Shown here: positions 17,816-25,789 of the stretch, in pieces
Numbering within the stretch: position 1 is the stretch's first letter
Layout: each line of letters starts with the position of its first letter
NCBI GenBank assembly: GCA_964001155.1
Contig: CAXFCD010000180.1
Coordinates: 1-39,096, forward strand
Length of the DNA stretch: 39,096 nucleotides
Reading direction: 5' to 3'
DNA from: an uncultured bacterium
GTDB lineage: Bacteria > Fidelibacterota > Marinisomatia > Marinisomatales > UBA1611
Translations under genes and position numbers: made by a program
Notes under the pieces: generated by a model
What the model was told of the DNA's origin: nothing
Seen by the model: the letters and a program-made list of their open reading frames with translations, nothing else
Databases searched by the model: none

Positions 17816-18586
17816 TTATTTTTTAGATAATATTTTATTAATTTGAAATATTCTTGGTTTAAATCGATTGTATTTTAAATGTTCATTAAGATGCAGGATA
17901 CCCATGCAATATTTACTAAATCTCATATCTTGAATTTTATGATTTTGTAAAATTCTAATAAAATTTGATTTTGGGTTAAATTTATTTTGTTTGATTTCTG
18001 CAATTACAAGTTCAGAAAACTTGGTATTATTTTGACTGTTTTTTATAATAAGATTTGTATCAATTGTAAGCCGTTCCTTAGAATCATTGTCTACCAAAGT
18101 AATTCGAAAAAATTTTAATTTTAATTTTTGAATGTATTTATCATCCTTAGTCCCAATTATATCTGAAATAAATTTTTGTTCTTTTTCGCCGATATCTATA
18201 ATTGCTTCATCTAATAATTGTCTTTTTTTTATTGTTCTATTTTTATTATTCTTAACCTTTATTTCAAAGAATGATTGGCCAGTATTTTGGTAGGTTCTGG
18301 ATCTTATTTTATATCGTTTTTTATTTCCATTATGATGTTGTTTATAAAACTGGAAATCGTGCGTATCAAAATAGATTGTGTCATAAATAAAGACACGTTC
18401 ATTATCAATCTCTAATATTTTATAAAAGGGTATTAATTGTTTTAAAATAGATGGTAATTGAAATTGATTAAAAACATACTTTGTATCCTTACGATCAAGA
18501 AGTTTTACTTTATCCAATTCATTTAAGTAGAGTGGCTTAAATGTGTTGACGATATCTAAACAAGCATAATCATCTTTTTTAATCAT
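17816..18586 (-). CDS. VTC-domain protein (polyphosphate polymerase-like triphosphate tunnel fold)
   Basis: I prefer the ATG at 18584-18586 (MIKKDD...); the track start at 18601 is a GTG. VTC-domain pattern: RKDTKYVF, IYDTIYFDTHDFQFYKQHHNGNKKRYKIRSRTYQNTGQSFFEIKVKNNKNRTIKKR, RLTIDTNL, VIAEIKQN. Confidence 0.75.
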   Translation of the reverse strand: MIKKDDYACLDIVNTFKPLYLNELDKVKLLDRKDTKYVFNQFQLPSILKQLIPFYKILEIDNERVFIYDTIYFDTHDFQFYKQHHNGNKKRYKIRSRTYQNTGQSFFEIKVKNNKNRTIKKRQLLDEAIIDIGEKEQKFISDIIGTKDDKYIQKLKLKFFRITLVDNDSKERLTIDTNLIIKNSQNNTKFSELVIAEIKQNKFNPKSNFIRILQNHKIQDMRFSKYCMGILHLNEHLKYNRFKPRIFQINKILSKK

Positions 18587-19193
18587 TGTCTGAATATACA
18601 CTATTTAATGTTCCAGGAGTACCGTTACCTTCAGAAGCAGACCAATTCTTGGAAATTGAATTATCTAAAAAGGGATTAATTAACTCAAGCGTTGCACCAT
18701 TGCCATCAGCTTGTATAGGCCAAGGTAAAGTATCGTCATATTCTACCATATCTACTAATAGGCCGTTGGAATCAAACAATCTTACTATATCACCACCTTT
18801 TCCTAGACCAAAGCCCAGATTTCCGTAATACGATTCTATATCGGGAAATAAAGCTGCGAATTTTAAAGTATCTGAGCAAAACACCAGATATTGACCTGGT
18901 AGTATTTCTGTGTGAGGTGCTATGATAAAAATATGTTCATCATTCTCATCTTTTAATACCCAAGAATCCATATTAACGGTATTATTACTATTGTTATAAA
19001 TTTCAATCCAATCATCGGAATCATAACTATCTGAAGAATGATAATTGATTTCGTTTATCACCAAACCAAAATCTGTGGTATCATTTATATCTGTATTTTC
19101 ATCTTCGCAACTATAAGAAATGAATCCAATAATCATGATGGTATTAGTAACTACCAGTTTATATTTTGATGTATATGTTTCGAAATTCTTCAC
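18579..19193 (-). CDS. Lamin-tail-domain (LTD) lipoprotein
   Basis: GTG start at 19191-19193. The signal peptide has a lipobox-like GFISYSC. LTD pattern: LVINEINYHS...DDWIEIYNNSNNTVNMDSWVLKD..., PGQYLVFC, GKGGDIVRLFDSNGLLVDMVEYDD, DGNGATLELINP. Confidence 0.7.
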   Translation of the reverse strand: MKNFETYTSKYKLVVTNTIMIIGFISYSCEDENTDINDTTDFGLVINEINYHSSDSYDSDDWIEIYNNSNNTVNMDSWVLKDENDEHIFIIAPHTEILPGQYLVFCSDTLKFAALFPDIESYYGNLGFGLGKGGDIVRLFDSNGLLVDMVEYDDTLPWPIQADGNGATLELINPFLDNSISKNWSASEGNGTPGTLNSVYSDND

Positions 19194-19226
19194 TTTATTG
19201 GTTATAATTTTTTATAAATACAGGGT

Positions 19227-21218
19227 CTACTTCATTAATATCATTTTCTTTGTTTGTCTAAACTTTCCTACCTCAATATTGTAGATATAAACTCCTGATG
19301 ACACTAGGTTACCCTCATTATTAGTGGCATCCCATTGGATTGATTTGTACCCTTTAGTTTGCTCTACACTCAATAGATCCCTCACCAAAATACCTAACAT
19401 GTTATATATTTGTACTTTGATAAATGAATCTTCTGGTAAAATATATTCAATAGTTATTACAGGGTTAAATGGATTAGGGTAGGGTTCACCTATTTTAAGC
19501 TGATCCGGATATATATTATCTGATATTTCCGCATTTATTTGTTCAAAGATGATTGACTCAATGTTGAAACCTCCTTGAACAATTTGAATTTTGAAAATGA
19601 TTTCTTCACTGTCTATCTCTACACTTGGTATAACCAAATCTTCCCAATTGTACCACCCGCCGGTGCTAGGAACATTCATTACGCCAATATTCTGCCCATC
19701 TATTTGAGCAAAAAAGATTCCACCAGAACTTGGCGCAGCTACACTAAAGTAAATTTCATAAGCCCCAGGATTTACATCTCCAATTGTATAGCTAAGCCAT
19801 TCTGTCGCATCTGTCCACCCAACATTATAAGGCATCCCATTGGCATCACCATTTGATTCTATATCAACACCGTCATTTCTGAAAGTCCAACCTTCATTAT
19901 AACTTCCGTCTCCATTATTATAGTAATCGCCGTCATGATATGATAAACCCCTAACCCCTATATCATACTCAACTGCTGGAATGATACCCGGTATAGAATG
20001 TAGGTTAAAAGGTTTTGAGACCTCTCCATACTCAGGATCAGTAAGAGAAGCAACTACACCAGGCAGTTGGATACAATTTTCAAGTTTTAAACTATTTGCA
20101 AAATTTAACAGCGCAGCTTGAGCATAAAGTTCAGACGGCTGCGTTCCATTCCCACTCCAATAATCAATGAGTGTTTGGTATTCTGTAGATACAAGAGCTG
20201 AATAAGGGCTTGAAATTTTTTCAACTTTTTTATGCGTCCAAAAATTCCAGCCTATATTATTATCTTCCAAAAGGTTGGAAACCTCATAATACCACTGATT
20301 TGAGTTTTCTCCATACTCACCCATCCAAAGAGGGGTATTGTGTGAATTCCGCATGGCAATATAAGGCTGAATGGTATTTAAAGAAGTTTCTGACCAATAT
20401 TTATGGAAGGAATAGGACATATTATCATCCCAGGGAGGGGTCAGTCCCGTAAAGTCAGTTCCGTACCAGTTGCCTTCAATAAAAATAATATGATTTGTAT
20501 CTACTTCTCGTATTGCATTTGTAATATCAATGTATAGCTGTCTTAAATCGTTTGTACTTATTCCTTCTGGTAAAACGGGTTCATTGATTAAATCATACCC
20601 ACCTATCAATGTTTCATCAGCATAATACTCTGCGATCTCCTGCCAGATCTGTATAGTAAGTTCTTTATACTCATCTTCTAACCACAATCTTGCTGTCCCA
20701 TCACTATCACTGATAGGGCCTCCATTCTGCCCACCGGGAGCACAATGCATATCTAAAATGATATACATATTATAAGTCTCACACCAAGATATGAGTGAAT
20801 CAATAATTGAATATCCAATCGGCATCATCTCATCTGTATGATGAAATTGTTTATAATGAAACGGCACCCTTATATGATTAAAGCCCCACTCTGCTATCTG
20901 ATCAATATCTGTTTGGGCTACATAATTTTCTCTGTATAGATCCCAAAATTCTTCTGCAAAATCATCGTCAACCAGATCAAGGACATGACCTTCGATTTGT
21001 GTTGGAGATTCAAATCCTTCTATCCATGCCTGATTATGTAACATGTAGCCTTCAGGAACAAGCCAACCTCCCAAGCCAAACCCTCTAAGTAATATCGGCT
21101 CACCATTCCCTTCAACAATTTCTGTTCCATCTGCATGTAAGAATCCCTGTGCTGATACAACATGCAGAGAAAGATTTAGAATAAATATCATTCGCATGGC
21201 ATACATTTTCCAAAACAT
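19227..21218 (-). CDS. GH5 glycoside hydrolase (beta-glucanase, exo-1,3-beta-glucanase-like motifs) + CBM6-like module + T9SS CTD
   Basis: GH5 motifs are FNHIRVPFHY, IILDMHCAPGGQNGG, the acid/base in DLINEP and the nucleophile in LWMGEYGE. The CBM6-like module reads GVDIE...VGWTDATEWLSYTIG...PSTGGWYNWEDL. The CTD is YPNPFNPVITIEY...SGVYIYNI...KKMILMK. The start is uncertain: ATGs at 21218, 21206, 21197 or 21191, the last giving an ATGA overlap with the upstream stop. Confidence 0.85.
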   Translation of the reverse strand: MFWKMYAMRMIFILNLSLHVVSAQGFLHADGTEIVEGNGEPILLRGFGLGGWLVPEGYMLHNQAWIEGFESPTQIEGHVLDLVDDDFAEEFWDLYRENYVAQTDIDQIAEWGFNHIRVPFHYKQFHHTDEMMPIGYSIIDSLISWCETYNMYIILDMHCAPGGQNGGPISDSDGTARLWLEDEYKELTIQIWQEIAEYYADETLIGGYDLINEPVLPEGISTNDLRQLYIDITNAIREVDTNHIIFIEGNWYGTDFTGLTPPWDDNMSYSFHKYWSETSLNTIQPYIAMRNSHNTPLWMGEYGENSNQWYYEVSNLLEDNNIGWNFWTHKKVEKISSPYSALVSTEYQTLIDYWSGNGTQPSELYAQAALLNFANSLKLENCIQLPGVVASLTDPEYGEVSKPFNLHSIPGIIPAVEYDIGVRGLSYHDGDYYNNGDGSYNEGWTFRNDGVDIESNGDANGMPYNVGWTDATEWLSYTIGDVNPGAYEIYFSVAAPSSGGIFFAQIDGQNIGVMNVPSTGGWYNWEDLVIPSVEIDSEEIIFKIQIVQGGFNIESIIFEQINAEISDNIYPDQLKIGEPYPNPFNPVITIEYILPEDSFIKVQIYNMLGILVRDLLSVEQTKGYKSIQWDATNNEGNLVSSGVYIYNIEVGKFRQTKKMILMK

Positions 21219-22396
21219 ACAGGATCAAGAATTAAGTCATTTACACCCACAGACAAGAATCTGTCATTATGCTCTCCTGTACTGCAGTCATTATCAGGTG
21301 TTTCCCAGCCATTGGCCCAACTATTCGGGAAATGTCCATTTCTAAACTTATAGGTGAACTCAGAATTAGGTGGTAGTGTTAAAGTAACTTCCCAAATATC
21401 TGAATTATTCTTTTGCTGCATTTTGTATCCTCCAGGCTGCCCGGAACTGATATTTCCTCCTGACAAATACAATCCCGCGCCATTTACATTTACATTTTCC
21501 ATGTCAACCTGAAATGTGACTTTTACATCATTATAATCCTGTGATTTTTTATAGACTCTGACATAATCTACCAGCATTTCCATTGGAAAAGCGCTAGGGT
21601 CAATGCCATTAACACCTCCCCAATCACCGCCAATTGCCAAATTTAAAATGATGTACTGGGGAGCATTGAATGGCCATTTTCCAATATCTTCATCACTGTC
21701 ATTGTAGACAAAGAAAAATGGTTCATTATCAATTAAATACCTCAAATAAGTTTCCGACCATTCTAAAGAATAGGTATGGAATGTATCGGTAGCAGTTGTA
21801 ATTATTTTACTTCCTGATTTTTGAGTATTGTACATATGGTTATAGTCTGCCGTGTGTATGGAGCCGTGGATATTCCCATCATCGAACCCAACATGCTCCA
21901 TGATATCAATCTCTCCACAATGTGGCCATCCAACAGAACTTATATTTTCACCCAACATCCAGATAGCAGGCCAAGAGCCATTTCCTTTTGGAAGTTTTGC
22001 ATGAATATCAAATCTACCATATATCCAGTTTGCTTTATTATCTGTATTTATCCTTCCCGATGTATAATCAGTTGCATATTCGGTACCGGTATAATCCACA
22101 CCATAAAAACCAGGTTCAATTAATCCTCGAATCACCAATTTTCCATCTCGAATAAACAGGTTTGTATCCCGATTTGTATAAGCCTGCGATTCATTATTCA
22201 CATGGCCCGGTTTCCAAAGTAGTTTATTCCACTTAGATTCGTCAATTTCAGATCCTTCAAATTCATCATTCCAAACCATTATCCATTCAGTTTGTTCAAT
22301 TTCTTGGACAGGTGTTGGCAAAGAATCACCACTTTCACATGCTAAAAATAAGGTTAGCATAATTGTCAAAAGTTGCAAATGGCTTAATCTATTCAC
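21188..22396 (-). CDS. GH16 endo-1,3-beta-glucanase (laminarinase-type, canonical strand order), lipoprotein, with a C-terminal beta-sandwich module
   Basis: The GTG at 22394-22396 overlaps the upstream TGA (GTGA). Lipobox LFLAC. Motifs present: VWNDEFEG...SKWN, YTSGRINT, YGRFDIHAKLP, WPAIWMLG, and the catalytic GEIDIMEH (ExDxxE). The C-terminal VTFQVDM...YKFRNG module ends in a Cys-rich tail and there is no T9SS CTD. Confidence 0.9.
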   Translation of the reverse strand: MNRLSHLQLLTIMLTLFLACESGDSLPTPVQEIEQTEWIMVWNDEFEGSEIDESKWNKLLWKPGHVNNESQAYTNRDTNLFIRDGKLVIRGLIEPGFYGVDYTGTEYATDYTSGRINTDNKANWIYGRFDIHAKLPKGNGSWPAIWMLGENISSVGWPHCGEIDIMEHVGFDDGNIHGSIHTADYNHMYNTQKSGSKIITTATDTFHTYSLEWSETYLRYLIDNEPFFFVYNDSDEDIGKWPFNAPQYIILNLAIGGDWGGVNGIDPSAFPMEMLVDYVRVYKKSQDYNDVKVTFQVDMENVNVNGAGLYLSGGNISSGQPGGYKMQQKNNSDIWEVTLTLPPNSEFTYKFRNGHFPNSWANGWETPDNDCSTGEHNDRFLSVGVNDLILDPVCFGKCMPCE

Positions 22397-23946
22397 TTTA
22401 ATAACATTATTTTTTGTACTTGGGAAAAATTCTTACTAGCAAGTTCTGCGAAATATATACCAGTTGGTAATTCGAACCCGGCATCATTTTTCCCATTCCA
22501 TTTAATCTGGTTTGTGCCCAATGAAAATTGGTCCTTTTTTATAGTTCTTACCGGTTGTCCCATCAAATTATAAATAGTAAGCAATGTTGGAAGATTATCT
22601 AAAACATCAAATGATATGGTCGTAATGTTATTAAAAGGATTCGGGAAAACTCTGAAGTTAAATTCGTAACTTGACACCGGCTCTAACATGGAACTTAAAT
22701 TACCAAGGAATAAAGACATATCATCAAAATATGCCGAACCACCGGCATCATTTTCCTGCTCGAAAATAATGGCAACATTCATATTTACTACACCTGTAGG
22801 TGCATTGCCTACAGCACTGATTTGAATCCACTGATCTGTAGGTGATGAACTGTTAATCGGAGATGAAACATATTGTTCGCCTAAAAGATTCCAATTCTCA
22901 TCAAAAAATGTTATTTCCAGAAAGGTACTATTTTCACCAAGTAAAGGGTCGTCAGACGAGACGTAACAGAACCCTGAAAAAACAAACTCTTCTCCCGTAG
23001 CTGGATTGAAGGTCTGATATATCGCAGTTGAATTTGTAATACCTGAATTCTGACCATTTAATTTTAATGATTTATACCCATGTAAAATTGGATCATTTAC
23101 GATTGAATAGTTTGTGAGATTTTCCGGCCAGACTGACCAATGATCAAAATTCGACTCAAAGCCCGCATTATTCAAAATATGCTCTGGCCCTTCCGGTTCA
23201 TAACCGGTATTATTGGGAGTTGTCATACAAAGAATCATCTCTCCTTCGTGGAAGACAACATTTTCTTCAATGAAATCAACATTATTGCCATCCCAGGTGT
23301 GGGTCGCTTTTTCCCACCGATCAGTATTCCAATTATTAAAATCGTCTTCCCAAAGCATGATAAAATTATTATCAGTGCCCGTATTTCCCGATCCAGGAAC
23401 AAAAGCATAATATTTAACCCAATCATAAAATGCATAGACCGGCAGAATATCAGGATTGAATTCACCTACCCAATCCACATAGGTCGGTTGCCAAATATTC
23501 ATCATTAATTTTTGGTAATGATAGAGCGAATCAACATAAAAATTGTCGTCATAACGGACGAGCTCATCATCTACGAAAAAAGCAACATAATCTGGTGTCC
23601 ACTCAAAAGCATAATTATGGTATTCTTCATGTGGATTATATTCTAAATCTATTAATTCAACATGGCTCCATTCATACTGTGTGATAAGGTTCGTCTGAGC
23701 CTTATCATCATAATTCCCGAGCCATTCCCAATCAATTTCATTCCAATGTTGTGATCCAGTATATCCATCTGCCCAATAATCTCTATATGTAAAAAAAGAA
23801 CTCACTACACCGTCACCCGCTGCAGATTTCATTCTTACTTCATATCTTCCATATCTATATGTATCTATTGTACGTAATTCACCTCCACGATAAGGTTTTG
23901 CCATTATTAATGAAATTAAAAAAACAAGTTTTGTGAAAGATTTCAA
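22393..23946 (-). CDS. GH16 beta-glucanase of the circularly permuted lichenase type + CBM4/9-like module + T9SS CTD
   Basis: TTG start at 23944-23946. The N-terminal region reads GGELRTIDTYRYGRYEVRMKSAAGDGVVSSFFTY, with catalytic WNEIDWEWLG (ExDxE). The normally N-terminal GH16 strands sit at the domain end (LWEDDFNNWNTDRWEK...ENVVFHEGEMILCMT). The CBM4_9-like module is NAGFESNFDHWSVW...AYFDDMSL. The CTD is FPNPFNNITT...TGIYFAEL...QKIMLLK. Confidence 0.85.
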   Translation of the reverse strand: MKSFTKLVFLISLIMAKPYRGGELRTIDTYRYGRYEVRMKSAAGDGVVSSFFTYRDYWADGYTGSQHWNEIDWEWLGNYDDKAQTNLITQYEWSHVELIDLEYNPHEEYHNYAFEWTPDYVAFFVDDELVRYDDNFYVDSLYHYQKLMMNIWQPTYVDWVGEFNPDILPVYAFYDWVKYYAFVPGSGNTGTDNNFIMLWEDDFNNWNTDRWEKATHTWDGNNVDFIEENVVFHEGEMILCMTTPNNTGYEPEGPEHILNNAGFESNFDHWSVWPENLTNYSIVNDPILHGYKSLKLNGQNSGITNSTAIYQTFNPATGEEFVFSGFCYVSSDDPLLGENSTFLEITFFDENWNLLGEQYVSSPINSSSPTDQWIQISAVGNAPTGVVNMNVAIIFEQENDAGGSAYFDDMSLFLGNLSSMLEPVSSYEFNFRVFPNPFNNITTISFDVLDNLPTLLTIYNLMGQPVRTIKKDQFSLGTNQIKWNGKNDAGFELPTGIYFAELASKNFSQVQKIMLLK

Positions 23947-23986
23947 TATATTATCCTTTATATTATTTGTAAACTGATTATCATAT

Positions 23987-25789
23987 TCATTTCACAAATA
24001 ATATTTTCTTTGTTATTACATTATTATTATGCAAAAGCCTAGTGATGTATAAACCACTGGATAATCCCCTGAAAGACCATTCAACCTTATGTTTGCCAGT
24101 TAAACTATACTTTTTATCAATTTGTGATATAATCTGACCATTTAAGTTATGTATAGTTATTTCTGTCATACCCGGCTCATTAACAAAATAATTAAAGGTT
24201 GTTATTTGATTAAAAGGGTTGGGATAATTTTGTAGAAACTGGACCTGATTACTGTGTGGCTGGGCATCAGTAAATGTTCCCAGATCAAATGTTGAATCTT
24301 GTTCTACAACCATACTGTTTATAAATGGCCCCGCATATTCATAACCACTGCCATAATCGACAGCAGAAAAATACAAATCTAAAATTCCATCCATGACAGT
24401 TATCCCATTTAATGTCGTGTCAAATGCATTAAACTGTCCAGCAAGATTAATAATATCTATGGCAGAAACCCACATTGAATCCTCTGCAAAAATATCAAAA
24501 GTACGTTGGTCCGGTTCAGAATAATGATTTTCTGAAAATTTAAATGTAACTGAATATTTTCCATTTGGGACCCTAACTTTATACGATACAACACGATTCA
24601 GAGAAGATATATATAAAGTATCCTGATCAGTATTACCTATACTCAGATCTGTAATCTGGTAGTTCCCATTCATGTGGCCATATTCTGTCGATGATGACCA
24701 CAATTGATCGGCATAAAAATCATCAAAAGCAGTACCTGCATTGTTAACCCTTAACGGAAAGCTCAGGGGCTCAGGCATATCAATAGATAGCCACTGACCC
24801 AACTGTGTATTGGGCGGCTGTGAATCATCATTAATACCTAATATCGTAAGGTTGTAAAAATTTTGCAAATCCATTCCATTGACCGTCAGTCTAACTGTTC
24901 GCTTATCCGGTTTAAGCATTGCCGAATGAACCGATGCTCCGCTAATGATAAAATTATTTGTATTCTGTGATGAAACAGAATCTAATTCTTCACTAAAACG
25001 TGCAATTACTGAATCACCTCTAGCTCTTGCCCATAATAAATATGGAATTGTTTCATCTTGATATCCAATATTTTCATCATCTGTTAAGCAAAGAATTAAT
25101 TTACCATCATTAAAAACTACATTTTCTTCAATAAAAATTGATTGGTTAGACGCCCAGGTATGGTTATCGCTTTTTTCCCATCTTGTTGAATCATAATAAT
25201 TGAAATCATCCTGCCATTCAAAAGTGAAATTATTATCTGTACCAGTATTTCCACTTCCAGGTGTATAAGAAGCGTATTTGACCCAATCGTAATAAGCAAA
25301 TCTCGGCAGAATCCTATCATCCCAAAACCCTACCCAGTCATCCCAGATTGGATTCCAAATATTCATCATTATTTTTGCAGATTGATCCAAATAGGATACC
25401 TGTTCTTCGGTTTGTCTATAAACTTCCGCCCCATTAATAAAAAAGGCTATGTAATCTGGCGTCCATTCAAAACCAACAATTAAATAGTCTAAATGAGTAT
25501 TTAAAGTAGTGAAATGGGTCCTCAACCGACTACTGACTGTTATGATGTTTAAATCCACAACATTTTCAAATCGTCCTAGTAATTCGACGTCAATTTCAAA
25601 CCATGGCGTGTTGGGATAATCATCATTATATACAAAAAAAGATGAAACCAACCCCTCCCCTTGTGCAGGTTTATACCTGGCTTCGAATTTTCCATATTGC
25701 ACCGGCTCCAGTGTTCGTAATTCGGCGCCACGTTCAGACCCGTAAGAAAATGAAAAAATAACAATTATGATTTGAATGAATCGACTCAA
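23987..25789 (-). CDS. GH16 beta-glucanase of the circularly permuted lichenase type + Ig-like + malectin-like module + T9SS CTD
   Basis: TTG start at 25787-25789. GAELRTLEPVQYGKFEARYKPAQGEGLVSSFFVY, WFEIDVELLG, FEWTPDYIAFFINGAEV and WQDDFNYYDSTRWEK...ENVVFNDGKLILCLT closely resemble the Fibrobacter succinogenes 1,3-1,4-beta-glucanase as I remember it. The malectin-like stretch is YKVRVPNGKYSVTFKFSENHY...RTFDIFAED...VMDGILDLYF. The CTD is YPNPFNQITT...SGLYITRL...KKILFVK. Confidence 0.85.
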   Translation of the reverse strand: MSRFIQIIIVIFSFSYGSERGAELRTLEPVQYGKFEARYKPAQGEGLVSSFFVYNDDYPNTPWFEIDVELLGRFENVVDLNIITVSSRLRTHFTTLNTHLDYLIVGFEWTPDYIAFFINGAEVYRQTEEQVSYLDQSAKIMMNIWNPIWDDWVGFWDDRILPRFAYYDWVKYASYTPGSGNTGTDNNFTFEWQDDFNYYDSTRWEKSDNHTWASNQSIFIEENVVFNDGKLILCLTDDENIGYQDETIPYLLWARARGDSVIARFSEELDSVSSQNTNNFIISGASVHSAMLKPDKRTVRLTVNGMDLQNFYNLTILGINDDSQPPNTQLGQWLSIDMPEPLSFPLRVNNAGTAFDDFYADQLWSSSTEYGHMNGNYQITDLSIGNTDQDTLYISSLNRVVSYKVRVPNGKYSVTFKFSENHYSEPDQRTFDIFAEDSMWVSAIDIINLAGQFNAFDTTLNGITVMDGILDLYFSAVDYGSGYEYAGPFINSMVVEQDSTFDLGTFTDAQPHSNQVQFLQNYPNPFNQITTFNYFVNEPGMTEITIHNLNGQIISQIDKKYSLTGKHKVEWSFRGLSSGLYITRLLHNNNVITKKILFVK

